DNA from: Candidatus Parvarchaeota archaeon
Lineage (GTDB): Archaea; Nanobdellota; Nanobdellia; WJKC01
Direction: 5' to 3'
DNA length: 64,000 bases
NCBI GenBank assembly: GCA_030615175.1
Contig: JAUWZX010000001.1
Location: 524,044 to 588,043 of the forward strand
Below, one piece after another: positions 61,941 through 64,000 of the stretch. A model generated the notes under the pieces. It was given only the letters and a program-made list of their open reading frames with translations, was not told where the DNA came from and did not search any database. Numbering within the stretch: the stretch's first letter is position 1; the number at the start of each line of letters is the position of its first letter. The position numbers and the translations under genes are program-made.

Positions 61941-62567
61941 TTATTTCTTAATTGTCTTTTTTTGCACTGGCTTTCTCGCGTCAGCTAGGCCGCCAGGAAG
62001 TTCAGGAACTACTTGTCTTAGAATTATGAATAATAAGCAGAAAAGCATGAATAGAGTGATCCCTGCAAGGAGTGTTACTAAATTAAACTCCAGTAATCCG
62101 TAAATAAATGGTGTTAATAGTATTGCAAGGAATGAGAATTCCCTGTTATTCCCCCAAACCTTTGCTGCCTTGCGAGCCATTGCTGCTTCAATCATGACTG
62201 ATAAACCGTAGAAAATCATGAACACTGAAAGCATTGTCTTAATAAAGCTTTCAAGAACGATTCCTTGCTCGATTAAGTAGCGAGACCATGATAAGCCAAC
62301 CCATAAACCTGACAAGCCATTACTGAACGCTGATTCAAAAGTATTTCTTGAAGTCCTGAAAGTTAATTCACTAATAACCCATGCAATGTAAACTGGGATC
62401 AGGGTCCATAGTACTTCAAAACTAAACACTGGTGCTGAAATAATAACTCCTACTTCAATGATTACTGGCAGGAAACCGCCAATAAGAATGCAGGTGACGG
62501 CGACGCCGGCAAGTATTAAAGCCTTGCTCAGCGTCCAGTGCTTCTTAATTAATTCACGTACACGCAT
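61941..62567 (-). CDS. Polytopic membrane protein, paralog of 10039-10809
   Basis: FEVLWTLIPVYIAWV....FSNGLSGLWVGLSWSRYLIE aligns with FAVLWQLLPIYTTWF....FLNGFAVLWVGFQLGEYIIQ. Confidence 0.55.
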   Translation of the reverse strand: MRVRELIKKHWTLSKALILAGVAVTCILIGGFLPVIIEVGVIISAPVFSFEVLWTLIPVYIAWVISELTFRTSRNTFESAFSNGLSGLWVGLSWSRYLIEQGIVLESFIKTMLSVFMIFYGLSVMIEAAMARKAAKVWGNNREFSFLAILLTPFIYGLLEFNLVTLLAGITLFMLFCLLFIILRQVVPELPGGLADARKPVQKKTIKK

Positions 62568-62614
62568 TAAATAATATTAAAGGAGTTAATCAATTATTAA
62601 GTTTGCTCAGTAAT

Positions 62615-62625
62615 CTTTAAAAAAG
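62615..62625 (+). promoter_or_regulatory. Putative TATA box for tRNA-Met/Ile2
   Basis: CTTTAAAAAAG is centred about 32 nt upstream of the tRNA 5' end. Confidence 0.4.
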
Positions 62626-62651
62626 CAATTAAGTTACTTTTAATCATTACC

Positions 62652-62747
62652 GCCGGAGTAGCTCAGCCTGGCTAGAGCGCAGGGCTCATGAGCGGTTACT
62701 CAGTCTGGGTAACCTTGAGGTCGCGAGTTCAAATCTCGCCTCCGGCA
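62652..62747 (+). tRNA. tRNA with CAU anticodon (elongator Met or Ile2) with 21-nt canonical intron; CCA not encoded
   Basis: Acceptor GCCGGAG/CTCCGGC. Anticodon stem CAGGG/CCTTG. Loop CTCATG|intron 62691-62711|A. The 4-bp central helix (62685-88 with 62706-09) is flanked by 3-nt bulges. T arm GCGAG-TTCAAAT-CTCGC. G1-C72 argues against an initiator. Confidence 0.88.
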
Positions 62748-62757
62748 TAAAAAATAT

Positions 62758-63210
62758 TCAGTCGAAAAAAACTATTTTCCATTCACCTTCATGTTTTACA
62801 ACAAGATAAGGTGCACTTACTGTTCCTTCAGTTGATTGCTGCATTTCAAAGGTAATAGTAACCGCTTTTACTTCTGAAAAAGGCATTTCTGCAGTTTCTG
62901 CAAGTTCAGCAAGTTCAGCGGCAGACACATCAGACTCACTAATTATTTGATAAGAGCTAATTAAGTTAGTTTCCCAGTTAGATATTATCTCATCCTTTAC
63001 GTCTGCAGAGGGTGATTCCCCTTCCAAACTAATCATTTGATTAATTGCTGATTCATAGTCCCCTGCAATTATATTATTCAGAAACACTTGCATGGCGGCT
63101 CCTGCTGTTGCCTCTCCAGTTACTCCGCCCGTTTCTTGCTGGGCGCACCCGCTGATGAATACAAGCAAGAACAGCAAAGGAATCGTGAAAAATAACTTAT
63201 TCATGTGCAT
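62758..63210 (-). CDS. Secreted lipoprotein-like protein
   Basis: MHMNKLFFTIPLLFLLVFISGC has a lipobox-like ISGC. The tracked 255-aa ORF extends a further 105 codons upstream over the opposite-strand gene, and that extension is rejected. Confidence 0.55.
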   Translation of the reverse strand: MHMNKLFFTIPLLFLLVFISGCAQQETGGVTGEATAGAAMQVFLNNIIAGDYESAINQMISLEGESPSADVKDEIISNWETNLISSYQIISESDVSAAELAELAETAEMPFSEVKAVTITFEMQQSTEGTVSAPYLVVKHEGEWKIVFFD

Positions 63211-63293
63211 ATTTAATCGGGGATTTAATAAAAAACTTTTCAAAATAAAATTATAACAAAGTTTATTAACTAGCAGATTCCAACAAATTAATA

Positions 63294-63803
63294 ATGACGG
63301 ATTTAAGTAGTTTATTAAGGAAGACTCAACTTCCATTAAGTGTTGCCCGTGAATTAGTAAAGGGTGAACGTAATGCGACACTTGAAACAGAATACATTCA
63401 TAAATGCGTAAGTTGCGATTACAAAGAACAATGGTATCAAATAAGGATTTGCACTTACGATGCAAGAGGGGTGTATGGAGAGCACAGCCAGTATGATTGC
63501 ATTCCAGTACTTGAAAACCCTCCAAGCAAATTGAACTATTTTAGCATAAAAGTTAAAAAAGAATTCTTGGATAATCATTTGAAAAATTTTCCGATAAATC
63601 CTGAAGAAATTGGCAAAGCCATGTCAATCCTTAATTATTTAGAGTCAGTTATAAAAAATGATTATCTATTACTTCCCAGAACAACAAGCTGGGAACAAAT
63701 CTGTAATGATTGTTTTAAGAAACCAAATAATTCCACAATCTTAAAGAATTTACATAAGAACTTCTTAAAGCCTGAATGGATAGAAGTAACAGAAAAGCAA
63801 TAA
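63294..63803 (+). CDS. Hypothetical protein
   Basis: 169-aa ORF with a Cys pair (CVSCDY). Confidence 0.4.
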   Translation: MTDLSSLLRKTQLPLSVARELVKGERNATLETEYIHKCVSCDYKEQWYQIRICTYDARGVYGEHSQYDCIPVLENPPSKLNYFSIKVKKEFLDNHLKNFPINPEEIGKAMSILNYLESVIKNDYLLLPRTTSWEQICNDCFKKPNNSTILKNLHKNFLKPEWIEVTEKQ

Positions 63804-63870
63804 TTATTAATCGCGGCATCCGCGGCAGGGGCATTAATTTTATATACCCTCTTTTATTAAGGAATTAATT

Positions 63871-64000
63871 ATGGATGCTGAAGAGTCATTGGATGAACTT
63901 CTAAGTAATAAGGAACTTTGTGAGGTTTTTAAATCCCTTTTGGACGGCAGGAAAACTTTTAAGCAGATTCAAAGACAAGCAGGCATTAAGAAATTATATT
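63871..64000 (+). CDS. Hypothetical protein, possible wHTH regulator, 3' end outside window
   Basis: ATG at 63871, open to the window end. ELCEVFKSLLDGRKTFKQIQRQAGI resembles the start of an ArsR/MarR-like winged helix. Confidence 0.35.
   Translation, partial: MDAEESLDELLSNKELCEVFKSLLDGRKTFKQIQRQAGIKKLY

Noticed and set aside
63211-63525. Upstream 105 codons of the tracked 255-aa minus-strand ORF
   Set aside because: The stretch is Cys/His/Leu-rich and not protein-like, and it overlaps the + strand ORF 63294-63803. A signal peptide with a lipobox follows the ATG at 63210/63204, which is the more credible start.
1-64000. CRISPR arrays, cas genes, transposases/IS elements, integrases, reverse transcriptase/DGR template-variable repeat pairs
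   Set aside because: No regularly spaced direct repeats and no ORF with the corresponding catalytic motifs were seen on either strand. This is a visual scan only, so short or degenerate elements could be missed.

Overview
This is an AT-rich, very gene-dense archaeal fragment. Genes often overlap by 4-40 nt and intergenic regions are short. The content fits a small-genome DPANN-type archaeon, though no database search was possible. All calls come from reading the ORF translations and the DNA by eye. Recognisable archaeal genes are ABCE1/RLI, Alba, RNA polymerase subunits N and P, r-protein L37Ae, Pcc1, prefoldin beta, UPF0147, SepF, Mtq2-type methyltransferase, RNase Z, TyrRS, and a ThrRS split into a catalytic gene and a tiny free-standing editing-domain gene. 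Metabolic and accessory genes include an active-site-intact form III RuBisCO, CTP synthase, class 1 dihydroorotate dehydrogenase, ThiC, a glycogen-debranching-type glucosidase, agmatinase, a double-SIS isomerase, an organophosphate:Pi-type MFS transporter and a HAAAP amino-acid permease. Also present are a presenilin/SPP-type protease, a rhomboid protease, an SPFH protein, Hsp20, TatD, Pcm, LMW-PTP and an arsR-arsM-radical SAM cluster. There are four tRNA genes: Glu-CUC, Leu-UAG, Pro-UGG and Met/Ile2-CAU. Three carry BHB-type introns, and the Leu intron sits in the T-loop. The most unusual signal is a conserved sequence module (AACCCTTTT ... AAAAGCGTT[G/C]ACGGAAAA). It occurs in the tRNA-Leu and tRNA-Pro introns, which sit at different positions in the two tRNAs, and in a third orphan intergenic copy at about 16.72-16.79 kb that is colinear with the tRNA-Leu T-arm plus intron. 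Other notable points: (1) a CTP synthase whose glutaminase nucleophile Cys is replaced by Ser; (2) a hypothetical-gene island at 50.5-53.1 kb containing a duplicated 52-nt promoter/start module; (3) a small-protein family (YQNRFN motif) with two dispersed copies; (4) several patches with atypical codon usage, including ThiC. No CRISPR array, transposase, integrase or reverse transcriptase was recognised. About 40% of ORFs remain hypothetical.
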